Origin: an uncultured Prochlorococcus sp.
GTDB taxonomy: Bacteria > Cyanobacteriota > Cyanobacteriia > PCC-6307 > Cyanobiaceae
Direction: 5' to 3'
Length of the DNA: 64,000 nt
Assembly (NCBI GenBank): GCA_902519235.1
Contig: CABYJE010000004.1
Coordinates: 4,331 to 68,330 of the forward strand
A program made the translations under genes and the position numbers. Position 1 is the stretch's first letter, and each line of letters begins with the position of its first letter. Shown one piece after another: positions 21,967 to 32,951 of this stretch. The notes under the pieces were generated by a model. That model worked only from the letters and a program-made list of their open reading frames with translations. It did not search any database and was not told the origin of the DNA.

Positions 21967-23100
21967 TTAAGATCCACTTTTTGTTATGAGTCTTCTGATA
22001 ACTCTTTTTGCAATATCTTCATAACTCATTTCTCCTGATAATATTTGAGCAATACGTTTAGGTGCTGTTTTTCTTTTAACACCTAATTGATACCCAGTTC
22101 TGGGAAATCTATAAAATACTTGGGCTATTCTCCTCCCCCAAGCCATTGATTTACCCCAAATGTTGTTAATTTTTTTCGTATAAAGATTTAAATCATCTAC
22201 TTTTCCTGATAGGCACTGATCTATGTATTCTGCAGCATAATAACTGCTAATTAAAGATGGTCTAATTCCCTCAGCTAAAAATGGATCACACAGAGAAGCT
22301 GCATCTCCAACCGCTAAAACTTTGTCACCATTAATTGAGTGGAAGCCATTCCATATTCTAAGTTTCTTGCTTATTGTTTTATGAGGGAAATCATCAAAAC
22401 CGAAGCTTTTGATCACTTGTTTATTTATAGCCTGATTTTCTAAGAGACCATTATTTATAAAAGTACCTAAACCAATATTTAAGCTCTCTCTTAGGGGGAA
22501 TGCCCATGCAAAACCATATTTTATAAATCCAAACTCAAATCTAACTGCATCTCTAGGTATTTCACCTAATCCTTTCAATCTTAAAGAGATTGTATTAGCA
22601 AATTTCGGTTTTCTTGGCCCTAAATTGAAATAACTCGCCCATGTCGATTGGGACCCATCTGCAATTACAAGAAATTCAGTAATATACCTTATCTTGTTAC
22701 TACAAGTAATTTCCCATTTATCATTTTTTTTTATGATTTTTTCTATCAATAATGGTCTCATTATCTGAGCTCCATTACTCAAGGATTCATTAAGTAATAA
22801 TTGATCTAGTTTTTCTCTTTTAACAATCCAAAATGGGGATTCACCAGTCAGATCAGCATTCACATTATCTGCAGCCTTCCATCTGAATTCAACATTTTTA
22901 ATTTTTGATTCTATGCAATCTTCTATATTTAAATTAAGAAATCTTTGCATTGAAGATGCCATCCCACCTGCACATGGTTTGTAATCTTGGAGTTTTTCTT
23001 TTTCAATAATTAGAACGGAATATCCTTTCTTTGATAGGTTAAGAGCAGCAGAAGATCCTGATAAACCTCCACCAATTATTACAACGTCAAATTCTATCAA
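21967..23100 (-). CDS. FAD-dependent oxidoreductase, geranylgeranyl reductase family
   Basis: GGGLSG Rossmann motif, KPCAGG, IADG, AWAFP, VGDAA...PFLAEGI. Confidence 0.85.
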   Translation of the reverse strand: MIEFDVVIIGGGLSGSSAALNLSKKGYSVLIIEKEKLQDYKPCAGGMASSMQRFLNLNIEDCIESKIKNVEFRWKAADNVNADLTGESPFWIVKREKLDQLLLNESLSNGAQIMRPLLIEKIIKKNDKWEITCSNKIRYITEFLVIADGSQSTWASYFNLGPRKPKFANTISLRLKGLGEIPRDAVRFEFGFIKYGFAWAFPLRESLNIGLGTFINNGLLENQAINKQVIKSFGFDDFPHKTISKKLRIWNGFHSINGDKVLAVGDAASLCDPFLAEGIRPSLISSYYAAEYIDQCLSGKVDDLNLYTKKINNIWGKSMAWGRRIAQVFYRFPRTGYQLGVKRKTAPKRIAQILSGEMSYEDIAKRVIRRLITKSGS

Positions 23101-23645
23101 ACTTTTAGAATTTCCTTCTCTTTCTCCGACAATTTAGTTTCTATTAAACCAATATATTTATCAGTAATTTTCTGAATTTCAGATTGATTATCTCTTGATT
23201 CGTCAATAGAAATAAGGCCATCTTTTTCGTCTTTTTTTTCTTTATCAACAGCATCTCTTCTGATATTTCTCAAGGCTACTTTTCCTTCCTCTGCATATTT
23301 AGAGGCTAATTTACAAAATTCTTTTCTTCTCTCTTCCGTTAAAGGAGGAACATTTATTCTAATTACTTTCCCATCATTATTAGGAGTAATACCTAAATCA
23401 CTCATAGAAATAGATTTCTCTATCGCTTGTAAACATGAAATATCGAAAGGTTGTATTGAAATTGTTTGCGAATCAACAGTGCTTATAGTGGCAAGCGATT
23501 TGATTGGTGTTTCTGCTCCGTAGTACTCAACACTTACTCTGTCCAACAAGGAAGCATTAGCTCTGCCTGTCCTAATTGTATTAAAGTTTCTTTGTGTGGC
23601 TTCAATACTTTTATTCATATTTTCTTGAATTTCTTTTTCTTTCAT
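23097..23645 (-). CDS. frr: Ribosome recycling factor
   Basis: [20 protein letters not shown] motifs; downstream of pyrH. Confidence 0.98.
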   Translation of the reverse strand: MKEKEIQENMNKSIEATQRNFNTIRTGRANASLLDRVSVEYYGAETPIKSLATISTVDSQTISIQPFDISCLQAIEKSISMSDLGITPNNDGKVIRINVPPLTEERRKEFCKLASKYAEEGKVALRNIRRDAVDKEKKDEKDGLISIDESRDNQSEIQKITDKYIGLIETKLSEKEKEILKV

Positions 23646-23667
23646 AATTAAAAAAATTAAATGATCT

Positions 23668-24372
23668 TTAACTAATTAAAGAGCCTATTGGCTCACCAGC
23701 AACAGCTTTAGAAATGTTCCCTTTTTTGAATATATCAAAAACCATAATTGGGATATTATTATCTTTGCAAAGTGCAATCGCAGTGCTGTCCATTACAGCA
23801 ATTTCATCACTAAGAACTTGTTGATAATTGAGAGAGGAATATTTTTTTGCATCTTTAAATTGATTTGGATCGCGATCGTATACTCCATCAACTTTAGTAG
23901 CCTTCATAACAACTTCAGCATTTATCTCTGCTGCCCTCAGGGCTGCCGTAGTATCAGTTGTAAAAAATGGATTTCCGCAGCCACCTCCGAAAACTACAAC
24001 TCTACCTTTTTCTAAGTGCCTCATGGCTCTTCTTCTAATGTAGGGTTCGGCAATTTCCTGCATTTCGATTGCTGTTTGCACTCTGGTTGCAACTCCTACT
24101 CTCTCAAGACCATCTTGAAGTGAAATTGCGTTCATTACTGTTGCTAGCATCCCTACATAATCAGCCGTCGCGCGATCCATTCCGTCTGCAGATCCTTTAA
24201 GCCCCCTAAAAATGTTTCCACCACCAACAACTATTGCAAGTTGTACATTATTTTTGACTACTTTTGAAACATCCTCTGCAATTGATTGAACTATAGCAGG
24301 ATCAATACCATAAGGTTTTTCACCCATTAGTGCTTCACCACTAAGTTTTAAGAGAACTCTTTTGTAAGTCAT
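23668..24372 (-). CDS. pyrH: UMP kinase
   Basis: [30 protein letters not shown]. Confidence 0.98.
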   Translation of the reverse strand: MTYKRVLLKLSGEALMGEKPYGIDPAIVQSIAEDVSKVVKNNVQLAIVVGGGNIFRGLKGSADGMDRATADYVGMLATVMNAISLQDGLERVGVATRVQTAIEMQEIAEPYIRRRAMRHLEKGRVVVFGGGCGNPFFTTDTTAALRAAEINAEVVMKATKVDGVYDRDPNQFKDAKKYSSLNYQQVLSDEIAVMDSTAIALCKDNNIPIMVFDIFKKGNISKAVAGEPIGSLIS

Positions 24373-24499
24373 TCAATAATTGTACTTTTAAGACCTTAGC
24401 AAGTAAATGCGCCAAATTTATTTTTTGTTCAGATATTGCTTGCGTCTTTAAACATTTCTAAACCTGACTAAAGAAAATTTAAATAATAATTTACTTCTA

Positions 24500-25192
24500 C
24501 TAAAATTCAACGCACTTTTGTGCTTTTATTCCTTGTTCTTTAAATGGATGTCTTATTAGTTTCATTTCTGTTACTAGATCAGCATAATTGATAATTGAAT
24601 CAGATGCTCCCCTTCCAGTTAAAACAATATGATTTTTTCTATTATTTAAGCTTTTTAAAAAATTGATTATTTCTTCGGGGGCAAGATAACCAAGTTTTGT
24701 CGCAATATTAATTTCATCAAGAATGATAAGTTTATAAGATTCATTTTGAATGTATTTTTTGGCTAGTTGCCAAGCCTCTTTAACTAATTTTTCATCTCTT
24801 AATCTGTCTTGTGTTTCCCAAGTAAATCCCTCTCCTAATGAATGCCAAGATAAGTTTGAAGACAAGTTTTTAAGTGCTTTTTCTTCTCCAGTGGTCCAGC
24901 CTCCTTTGATAAATTGTATTATTGCTACTTTATAGCCATGCCCTATCGTCCTTAAAGCCATACCTAAAGATGCAGTAGTCTTGCCCTTGCCATTGCCTGT
25001 AAAAACAATCAATAATCCTTTTTTTGTTTTTCTAATTTGTAGTCTTTTGGCTTGAATATCTTTTCTTTGCTGCATTCTTTTTTTATATGAGCTCTCATCG
25101 ATATCCGGTGATAATTTACCTCCCATTCCAAGTTTATTTGCTTGATTATCGAGGTTAAATATTTTCTCGGAAGATGAAGGTTTTTCTTGCAT
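24500..25192 (-). CDS. cobO: Cob(I)yrinic acid a,c-diamide adenosyltransferase
   Basis: TGNGKGKTT, QFIKG, GEGFTW, ILDEI, LTGR, HPF motifs. Confidence 0.96.
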   Translation of the reverse strand: MQEKPSSSEKIFNLDNQANKLGMGGKLSPDIDESSYKKRMQQRKDIQAKRLQIRKTKKGLLIVFTGNGKGKTTASLGMALRTIGHGYKVAIIQFIKGGWTTGEEKALKNLSSNLSWHSLGEGFTWETQDRLRDEKLVKEAWQLAKKYIQNESYKLIILDEINIATKLGYLAPEEIINFLKSLNNRKNHIVLTGRGASDSIINYADLVTEMKLIRHPFKEQGIKAQKCVEF

Positions 25193-25226
25193 ATGACCCT
25201 TATTTTTATTTAATTATTATAAATCT

Positions 25227-26396
25227 TTAAATATTTTTAACTCTTTTAACTTTTAAAAGTGCATTATTTACTGCCTGTTGTTGATCTCTTTTAGTAATCC
25301 AGTGGTGATAAGTTTGAGTATGTAAACTAACCGAATGTCCCATCATTCTGGCAGCCACAGTATCAGGTAAATCATAAAAAATTGTTCTTACTGCCCAAGC
25401 ATGTCTTAGATCATAAGGTTTTATTTGCAAAGAGTAACGCTTAAACTGATCTGTAATTTTTTTCCCAATATTTTGTAAGGTTGTAATTTTAAGGTCTCTA
25501 TTAATATTTGGTAGAAGTTCTGGATTTTCACCAAGTTTTAATAATTCGAACTTTTCCACCCATTCAGGGTGAAATGGCCAAACTTGATGTTCCCCAGTTT
25601 TAGTAGTAGGTAAAACTCTAATAATTTTGTCCCCAAAATTGGTAAGAGAACTTAAGTCACAAAAAAATACTTCATGATTCCTTAATCCATATGTAGCCAT
25701 GAGACCAAAAACAAATTTCCAAGACTTGTTTGGTATCTCCTCCCACAGTTTCTCTATTAATTCGTCTTTAGGTAGATCCCTAAATCCTGCTTTGTTCAGA
25801 CCATATCCTCTAGAATTTAATTTCCAATCTTCTGGTAGTTTAATTTCTAAAAACTTAGCCAAAACACTTAGAGAAGTAGCACATTGTTTCCTACTTCTGG
25901 TACCTTCACTATAACTTTCAAGTGTTTTTTGAAATATTTTTTCTAAAGCTTCATTCTCATAGTCATTGTAAATATTTAGGATTCTTTTCATATATGGTTT
26001 GTAAGAACTTCTCCAAGTAGTTTTTCTAGTGCTGGTTCGAAAATCACTTTTATTTTCTTTAAAAAAAAATTCCTCAAATTGATTTAATCTTTTTGGAAAT
26101 TCAAACCCATCTTTTATTTCCTTTTTATAAGGCTTGCCTATCCAATTAATCCAATCAAATTGATTCAATTCCAATTGCAAATTGATTAATTGTAATTTTT
26201 TTTTGGCCTCCTCTAATCCAGAAATATCAGCCTTTAAACCAAGAGATATTCTTTGAATTTTAAAGTTATTGTTATCTTCTTTGGAGGGTAGTGAACCACG
26301 AATATTTAATTTCTCTCCTCTTTTCTCGATTTTAAGCTTGCTGCCTTGAGTAGCAAATTTATCATTGATATTATTAATTTCCTGAATTACGTTCAT
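25227..26396 (-). CDS. Tyrosine recombinase (phage integrase family, XisA/XisC-like)
   Basis: YGLRNHE (R), TTKTG (K), PYDLRH (R), MGHS (H), HTQTY (Y) catalytic set. Confidence 0.92.
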   Translation of the reverse strand: MNVIQEINNINDKFATQGSKLKIEKRGEKLNIRGSLPSKEDNNNFKIQRISLGLKADISGLEEAKKKLQLINLQLELNQFDWINWIGKPYKKEIKDGFEFPKRLNQFEEFFFKENKSDFRTSTRKTTWRSSYKPYMKRILNIYNDYENEALEKIFQKTLESYSEGTRSRKQCATSLSVLAKFLEIKLPEDWKLNSRGYGLNKAGFRDLPKDELIEKLWEEIPNKSWKFVFGLMATYGLRNHEVFFCDLSSLTNFGDKIIRVLPTTKTGEHQVWPFHPEWVEKFELLKLGENPELLPNINRDLKITTLQNIGKKITDQFKRYSLQIKPYDLRHAWAVRTIFYDLPDTVAARMMGHSVSLHTQTYHHWITKRDQQQAVNNALLKVKRVKNI

Positions 26397-26461
26397 TTAC
26401 TTATATAATTGACCATATAATGACGTTTTTAATGTTGATTTTCAATCTTCATAAATTTTAA

Positions 26462-27637
26462 ATGGATAAAATAGGCGTCTTACTAATGAATTTAGGAGGG
26501 CCTGAACGCATTAATGATGTAGGCCCATTCTTATACAATCTATTTTCTGATCCAGAAATTATCAGGACACCTTTCCCCGTTTTTCAAAAGCCCCTCGCTT
26601 GGTTAATTAGCACGCTTAGGAGTACTACTTCCCAACAGGCTTACCTTTCTATAGGTGGAGGTTCACCTATAAGAAGGATAACTGAACAACAAGCAAGAGA
26701 ATTACAATCTAAATTAAGGAACAAGGGATTTAATGCTACTACCTACATCGCTATGAGGTATTGGCATCCTTTTACCGAATCAGCAATTGCTGATATGAAA
26801 GCAGATGGCATAAATCAAGTAGTTGTAATACCCTTGTATCCACATTTTTCGATAAGTACTAGTGGTTCGAGCTTTAGGGAATTAAAAAAATTGCGAGATT
26901 CTGATGATGAATTTAAGAAGGTTCCAATGAGATGTGTAAGGAGTTGGTTCAGTCAATCAGGTTACTTAAAGTCTATGGTTGAATTAATTTCTGAACAAAT
27001 TTCACTTTGTGAATCACCTTCAAAAGCCCATATATTTTTTACTGCGCATGGAGTTCCTAAGAGTTACGTAGAGGAAGCTGGAGACCCTTACAAACGACAA
27101 ATTGAAGATTGTTCTTTATTAATTATTGATGAGTTGGAAAAATTTTTAGGGCATAGTAACACACACACACTTTCTTATCAAAGTAGAGTTGGTCCTGTTG
27201 AATGGTTGAAGCCTTATACAGAAGAAGTATTAGCTGATCTTGGAAGGTCAAATGTTAATGATCTGATTGTGGTCCCTATAAGTTTCGTTGGAGAGCATAT
27301 CGAAACATTGCAAGAAATTGATATTGAATATAAAGAAATTGCTGAAAAGGCTGGTATTAAAAACTTTAGGAGAGTTAAGGCTTTAAATACTCATCCTACT
27401 TTTATTGAAGGCCTTAGTGATCTAGTGATTTCCTGTTTGGAAGGTCCTATAGTGAATATAGAGGAGGCTTCTCAGTTGCCTGAAAAAGTTAAACTTTATC
27501 CCCAAGAGAAGTGGCAATGGGGTTGGAATAATAGTTCAGAAGTGTGGAACGGAAGGGTTGCAATGATTATTTTTCTTGTGCTTTTTATTGAACTTATTTC
27601 AGGCTCTGGACCTTTACATAAATTAGGCATTTTGTAG
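26462..27637 (+). CDS. hemH: Ferrochelatase with C-terminal CAB/Hlip-like helix
   Basis: [36 protein letters not shown]; C-terminal EVWNGRVAM. Confidence 0.98.
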   Translation: MDKIGVLLMNLGGPERINDVGPFLYNLFSDPEIIRTPFPVFQKPLAWLISTLRSTTSQQAYLSIGGGSPIRRITEQQARELQSKLRNKGFNATTYIAMRYWHPFTESAIADMKADGINQVVVIPLYPHFSISTSGSSFRELKKLRDSDDEFKKVPMRCVRSWFSQSGYLKSMVELISEQISLCESPSKAHIFFTAHGVPKSYVEEAGDPYKRQIEDCSLLIIDELEKFLGHSNTHTLSYQSRVGPVEWLKPYTEEVLADLGRSNVNDLIVVPISFVGEHIETLQEIDIEYKEIAEKAGIKNFRRVKALNTHPTFIEGLSDLVISCLEGPIVNIEEASQLPEKVKLYPQEKWQWGWNNSSEVWNGRVAMIIFLVLFIELISGSGPLHKLGIL

Positions 27638-27773
27638 AGAAATATTGAAATTTATTTGATAATTTTTAATTTTTTAAAAGAATATTTTGAATACATTTCT
27701 GACATTACATTTCTAAATGAGGCAAAAGTATTTAATTAAGTTTAATATTTATAGTAAATGTTGAATTTATTTA

Positions 27774-29537
27774 GTGACCCTTACTTCAAGATCCTTTCCA
27801 AAGGGTAGTCCAAAACATGAAAATCCAGTTTGGATGACTGGTGCAGATGCACTAATGGATTCTTTAAAAATTCATGGGGTAAAAGTTATATTTGGATATC
27901 CTGGAGGAGCAATACTACCAATATATGACGCTGTTCATAAGGCAGAACAAGATGGTTGGTTAAAGCATTATATGGTAAGGCATGAACAAGGTGGTTCACA
28001 TGCGGCTGATGGATATGCAAGGTCTACTGGTGAAGTGGGAGTATGTTTTGGGACTTCAGGTCCAGGGGCAACAAATTTAGTAACTGGAATCGCAACTGCT
28101 CAAATGGATTCAGTCCCTTTAGTTGTAGTTACAGGTCAAGTCCCAAGACCTGCTATAGGGACAGATGCTTTTCAAGAAACTGATATTTTTGGTATAACTC
28201 TTCCAATAGTGAAACATTCTTGGGTAATAAGAGATCCTTCAGATATCGCGAAAGTAGTTTCTGAAGCTTTTTTTATAGCCTCTTCTGGAAGGCCAGGTCC
28301 TGTTTTAATTGATATACCAAAAGATGTAGGTCAAGAGTTCTTTAATTACAAAAGAGTTTTGCCTGGTGAAATTATTCCTAAAGGATTTAAAAGGAATGGA
28401 GACATTAATGATTGCGATATCAATAAAGCAATTAAATTAATACAAAATTCTGAAAGACCTCTTCTGTACGTAGGAGGTGGGGCAATATCTTCAGGAGCTC
28501 ATGATGAAATAAAAATTTTGGCAAAGAATTATCAAATACCAGTTACCACAACTTTAATGGGGAAGGGTGCTTTTGATGAAAAAGATAATTTATCAGTAGG
28601 GATGTTAGGAATGCATGGAACTGCTTATGCAAATTTTGCCGTTACAGAATGCGATCTTTTAATTGCTATTGGAGCTAGATTTGATGATAGGGTGACAGGA
28701 AAATTAGATACTTTTGCACCTAATGCAAAGGTAATTCATATAGATATAGACCCAGCAGAAGTTAATAAAAATAGGCGTGTAGATGTCGCAATTGTTGCTG
28801 ATGTTTCAAAAGCTGTTCTGAAAATTAATGAACAATCTCTAAAAAACAAATTTACTTGTCAGACAAAAAACTGGTTAGAAAAAATTGATTTTTGGAAGCA
28901 TAAACACCCTTTATATGACCCACCTAAAGAAGGAGAAATTTATCCTCAGGAAGTTCTTTTAAAAGTGAGGGAACTTTCACCAGAAGCTTATATAACTACA
29001 GATGTAGGACAACATCAGATGTGGGCTGCTCAATATCTTAGGAATTCTCCAAGAAAATGGATTAGTAGTGCAGGCTTAGGAACTATGGGTTTTGGATTAC
29101 CAGCGGCAATTGGAGTAAAAGCAGCCTTACCTAATTCAGATGTAATTTGTATTGCAGGAGATGCAAGTGTCTTAATGAATATTCAAGAATTAGGAACTTT
29201 ATCTCAATATGGTCTAAAGGTGAAATTGATTATTATCAATAATCGCTGGCAAGGGATGGTAAGACAATGGCAGGAAAGTTTCTATGATGAAAGATATTCC
29301 TCATCTGATATGAGTTGTGGTGAACCCGATTTTGTAAAACTTGCAGAGTCTTTTGGAGTTAAAGGATACTTAATTTCTGATAGAAAACAATTACAGAATG
29401 AATTAAAAAATGCGCTTGATCATGACGGCCCTGCCTTGATTAATGTCCTTGTCAGAAGAGGTGAAAATTGTTATCCAATGGTTCCTCCTGGTAAAAGTAA
29501 TGCTCAAATGGTTGGATATGTTAATTGTGAAGACTAA
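27774..29537 (+). CDS. ilvB: Acetolactate synthase large subunit
   Basis: [32 protein letters not shown]...NN TPP motif. Confidence 0.97.
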   Translation: MTLTSRSFPKGSPKHENPVWMTGADALMDSLKIHGVKVIFGYPGGAILPIYDAVHKAEQDGWLKHYMVRHEQGGSHAADGYARSTGEVGVCFGTSGPGATNLVTGIATAQMDSVPLVVVTGQVPRPAIGTDAFQETDIFGITLPIVKHSWVIRDPSDIAKVVSEAFFIASSGRPGPVLIDIPKDVGQEFFNYKRVLPGEIIPKGFKRNGDINDCDINKAIKLIQNSERPLLYVGGGAISSGAHDEIKILAKNYQIPVTTTLMGKGAFDEKDNLSVGMLGMHGTAYANFAVTECDLLIAIGARFDDRVTGKLDTFAPNAKVIHIDIDPAEVNKNRRVDVAIVADVSKAVLKINEQSLKNKFTCQTKNWLEKIDFWKHKHPLYDPPKEGEIYPQEVLLKVRELSPEAYITTDVGQHQMWAAQYLRNSPRKWISSAGLGTMGFGLPAAIGVKAALPNSDVICIAGDASVLMNIQELGTLSQYGLKVKLIIINNRWQGMVRQWQESFYDERYSSSDMSCGEPDFVKLAESFGVKGYLISDRKQLQNELKNALDHDGPALINVLVRRGENCYPMVPPGKSNAQMVGYVNCED

Positions 29538-29606
29538 TTTTTTTAAAATTCGTCATTTTAAAAAATTAACTTTAAGATAATTCAAAAAACTTAGTTATTT
29601 CTTGAA

Positions 29607-29957
29607 TTGAAAAAATTATTAAAAATTTTAATTATAACCTGCTTGATTTTTCTTAATCCTGTAATAGTAAACTCGGCCGAAATCCTTCAAATTAAAAGTT
29701 CAAATACTATTTTGGTGGGGGATCAAAATAGAAATTTAACTATTGGATTATTTTGTCTAGATGTAAATAAAAATGATGAGATTGAAGCAACTAATCTTCT
29801 TAAGATTGAATTCCCAAGGGGGAGCAAAGTGAAAATAAAGCCTTTTGGTTTTAAAGAGAATGTTTTGTTAGCCAAAGTTTTTAATATTAAAGGTACTAAG
29901 GAGATGACGGAATTATTGGTTGCTAAAAACTTAAGTAGTAAAATTTGTCCAAGTTAA
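29607..29957 (+). CDS. Exported hypothetical protein, degenerate thermonuclease (SNase)-like fold
   Basis: Signal peptide ending VNS-A; sequence layout resembles SNase but lacks DGDT and the other catalytic residues. Confidence 0.55.
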   Translation: MKKLLKILIITCLIFLNPVIVNSAEILQIKSSNTILVGDQNRNLTIGLFCLDVNKNDEIEATNLLKIEFPRGSKVKIKPFGFKENVLLAKVFNIKGTKEMTELLVAKNLSSKICPS

Positions 29958-29963
29958 TTATCC

Positions 29964-30746
29964 TTATGAGCAAATAAGATTCCATTGTCTTGAGATTGTT
30001 TTGCTCCTTCTCCAGGAATAAAATTCATTATTGAATTTGTATGTGCATAAATTTGAGATGTCTATATTTGTATGAGGGATGTTCTCATTTAAAAGTTGTC
30101 TATAGGCAGATCTTTTTAGATCAAGTTGATTTAAGTTTTGCTCTCTAAAGTGATTTAAATCACTATGACAGAGATCTTTTTTAGTTTTAGTCAATTTGAC
30201 AGTCAAGTTTTTGTTTTCGGCCTTTCTATAAAATTCTTTGAGTGTCATTGTATCAACTAGATAATGTTCCTTAGAAATCGCTGGTCCTATTGCGACAAGT
30301 AAGTCATCTCTAGATGACCCAAAATTATCGAAAATTTTTACCAGATTTTTTATTATTTTTTTTTCTAAACCTTTTCTTCCACAATGCAAGGTTGCTACAT
30401 TTCTTGTTCTTTTATCTGCAAAAAATATTGGCATACAATCAGCTGTGTAAACCCATAAGTTTTGACTGCATTTATTGCCAATAAGACCATCTGCATCAGT
30501 CTTAGCTCCTTTTTGCAAATGAGATCCAAACACAATCACATTACTGTGAATTTGATTGGAAACACAATTTATGGAATTTTCATTAAAGTAATTCCCTAAT
30601 AATTGAAGAAATTTCTTAGAGCTTGACTTTGTAAAAAAAGCATGTTTGAAATTATTTTGAGTAAGGATAGGTGATGAATAATACTCAAATTTTTTGTTTT
30701 GAATAAAAATTTCAGCTTTTGAGAAAGCTATTTCTTTGTAAGGAAT
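29964..30746 (-). CDS. pgeF: PgeF/YfiH (laccase-domain) family protein, 260 aa, with proposed ATT start
   Basis: Frame is open 69 codons upstream of the track's GTG (30539) and includes HAFFT and NQIHS; further motifs ADG, TADCMPI, HCGRKG, IGPAIS, CT, FYSWRR. Confidence 0.85.
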   Translation of the reverse strand: MPYKEIAFSKAEIFIQNKKFEYYSSPILTQNNFKHAFFTKSSSKKFLQLLGNYFNENSINCVSNQIHSNVIVFGSHLQKGAKTDADGLIGNKCSQNLWVYTADCMPIFFADKRTRNVATLHCGRKGLEKKIIKNLVKIFDNFGSSRDDLLVAIGPAISKEHYLVDTMTLKEFYRKAENKNLTVKLTKTKKDLCHSDLNHFREQNLNQLDLKRSAYRQLLNENIPHTNIDISNLCTYKFNNEFYSWRRSKTISRQWNLICS

Positions 30747-30750
30747 AGTT

Positions 30751-30759
30751 CCTCCTCCT
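30751..30759 (-). promoter_or_regulatory. Strong Shine-Dalgarno sequence AGGAGGAGG for pgeF
   Basis: + strand cctcctcct at 30751-30759; the upstream AGGAGG lies 7 nt before the in-frame ATT at 30746. Confidence 0.75.
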
Positions 30760-30768
30760 AAACTTAAT

Positions 30769-31674
30769 TTATGAAATTAATTCAATATCTCTCAAGATCC
30801 AGAATCCTGCAAATTTTTCGATGTATGGCGTTGACTGTATGGCAATAAATTGATACCCAAAAGAATTTTTTTTATTCTCTAAAAACTTTGTATTCAAAAT
30901 GTTTGCATCTTTTTCTGGTAAATCAGTTACCAGCCACTTATCATCTTCTGAAGCTTCAAGTATGAGTTGGTTCTTATTTACGACTAATTTAATAGGTTCT
31001 AAACAACTAAACCATGCAGAAAGTGCCAAAGATCTATCTTTGCTAAAAAGTCTTAATCCTGGAACTAAGTAATTATCATCTAAATCTTGCTGAATTGGGA
31101 AAATATCTCCAAATTCCATAGGCCAATTTTCTGCTGATTTTAATTCGCTAATTGATATTTCAGAGATAGTTAAAGCATCACCTCTTACTGCTTCAGGTAG
31201 AGGTGTAGGAGAGTTTTCCATTTTAGAAGTAAAAGTAGGAGCTAATACACCTCTTACATAACCTTTTTCCTTTGGATAAATTTCTTTTTCAAGAAATTCG
31301 ATTCTATCTAATAAATTGTAAGTTCTCCTACTTACAATAGCCTCAATACTTATCGCCTCCAGGGATTTCTTAATGATCGATTTCATTGACGACCTCCAGA
31401 ATCGAACTATAGAAGGTTTCTCCCACCCTTGTTTTTTTGCTTCACTTATTGCTTCATTTAGCGCTTTTGTAAGCCATACTGAATTAACTTCATTAGCAGG
31501 GCACTTTTTATTCCAAAGAAAAACATCTTCTGTCCTATAACTTCCTGTAGAGCAAATAATTAACTCCCACCTTTTTTTCCCATTTGATTCAATAATTGGT
31601 CTTGAGTAAAAGTCTAATTCCCAATCTGAAATTTTTAATTTAAGACTTGACTCCATTTTTTTATTAATGTTCAT
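30769..31674 (-). CDS. Tab2/Atab2 family RNA-binding protein (DUF1092)
   Basis: WELDFYSRP...GKKRWELIIC, VNSVWL, SRRT, FAGFWIL. Confidence 0.92.
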   Translation of the reverse strand: MNINKKMESSLKLKISDWELDFYSRPIIESNGKKRWELIICSTGSYRTEDVFLWNKKCPANEVNSVWLTKALNEAISEAKKQGWEKPSIVRFWRSSMKSIIKKSLEAISIEAIVSRRTYNLLDRIEFLEKEIYPKEKGYVRGVLAPTFTSKMENSPTPLPEAVRGDALTISEISISELKSAENWPMEFGDIFPIQQDLDDNYLVPGLRLFSKDRSLALSAWFSCLEPIKLVVNKNQLILEASEDDKWLVTDLPEKDANILNTKFLENKKNSFGYQFIAIQSTPYIEKFAGFWILRDIELIS

Positions 31675-32885
31675 TTATCTTGTTCTTTTTTATCGAAGAG
31701 TGCTTTAGTTTTTAATGCTCTCTCAGTGGCTTCTTGCATAACTTTTTGCTTATCAATAATTAATTCTCCCGCAGAGTTTTCTAGGAGTGCTGTATTTAGA
31801 CCAATGCGCCCTTTTTCGAGGTCAATTTCAGATATTAATGCTTTAACTATTTCCCCTTCTCTAAAAACTTCTCTTAAAGAACGAATCGATCCTTTTGTTA
31901 GTGAGGATTGATGAAGAAGTCCACTAGCTCCACCTAAATCTATGAAGAAGCCATATGGTTTTACAGCTAAAACTTCTCCTTCAATTAATTGACCTAATTC
32001 TAGACTTGTAAGTTTAGAGACTAATAATGCTTTCTTTTCAGAGAGAACTAATTTTCTGGATTCTGGATTTACCTCAAGAAATGCTACTTTTAGAGTTTTG
32101 CCAACAATAGATTGATAATCTTGACCATCTTCAAGTTGGGATCTTGGGATGAATCCTCTCAATCCATCTACATCGCAAGTAAGCCCACCTCTGTTAAATC
32201 CATTAATTAAAACGTTAATTAATTCTCCATTTTTTGCGGAACTCGATACTTTCTCCCAACTTTGTCTGAGAATTAATGCCCGAGCGCTTACTGTTACCAT
32301 CCCATCAGCATTTTGTTCTTTAATAACCAAAACTTCCATTTCAAGGCCTATAGAAAACTTTTCTTTAAAGTTAGTTATGACACCCAGACCACATTCTTTT
32401 TTGGGCATATAACCAGGTGCTTTCCCTCCAATGTCAACATATAGTCCATCACTTTCGATTGCTATAACCTTACCTGTAATTGTTTCTCCTGTAGCCCCAA
32501 TTGGCTCATTTGCATTTAAAGCCTCCAAAAAAGCACTTTCATCAAAATCAAATTCATCAACTGTTCTTTCTAATTGAAAGTCTGTGTTTTGCTCAGAAAA
32601 ATTAAGGGGTTTATTTAAGTCTTGTTGAGAAATATAAAATGCTTTAATGTTTTCATCATTATTCTCAATTTCTTTTACTGATTCATTTTTAGTTATTTGA
32701 GGTTTGATTGCAATATTTTCATTTTTAATGTCTTCTTGCGAGTTGGGCTGCTCATTTTGTATCTCTTGAGATTTTTTTTGAATATCTTTCTTGCTTATGT
32801 GAAGTACCTGAAGAGGTTTTTTAAAATCCTTTTTATTGCCCTTTGGTTGGATATTATTTTGGGCATTTTTATTACTGACTCCCAT
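31671..32885 (-). CDS. 30S ribosomal protein S1 homolog B (three S1 domains)
   Basis: YVDIGGKAPG, NRGGL...GLRGFIPRS, KPYGFFIDLGG...GLLH S1 repeats. Confidence 0.9.
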   Translation of the reverse strand: MGVSNKNAQNNIQPKGNKKDFKKPLQVLHISKKDIQKKSQEIQNEQPNSQEDIKNENIAIKPQITKNESVKEIENNDENIKAFYISQQDLNKPLNFSEQNTDFQLERTVDEFDFDESAFLEALNANEPIGATGETITGKVIAIESDGLYVDIGGKAPGYMPKKECGLGVITNFKEKFSIGLEMEVLVIKEQNADGMVTVSARALILRQSWEKVSSSAKNGELINVLINGFNRGGLTCDVDGLRGFIPRSQLEDGQDYQSIVGKTLKVAFLEVNPESRKLVLSEKKALLVSKLTSLELGQLIEGEVLAVKPYGFFIDLGGASGLLHQSSLTKGSIRSLREVFREGEIVKALISEIDLEKGRIGLNTALLENSAGELIIDKQKVMQEATERALKTKALFDKKEQDK

Positions 32886-32951
32886 CGTAGGTAAAATAAG
32901 AATAACTAATTATTAACATACTCTAAATGTTAGTACTCAAAATTAAAATTA

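Noticed and set aside
25193-26461. Prophage or genomic island around the integrase
   Set aside because: Flanked immediately by cobO and hemH; no tRNA, att-like repeats, phage genes or visible composition shift
27500-27637. Hlip/CAB-like tail on ferrochelatase as a novel fusion
   Set aside because: Well-known feature of cyanobacterial and plastid type II ferrochelatases
29964-30539. pgeF as a truncated pseudogene
   Set aside because: The upstream frame is intact, keeps conserved motifs and has a strong RBS, so an alternative start codon explains it better
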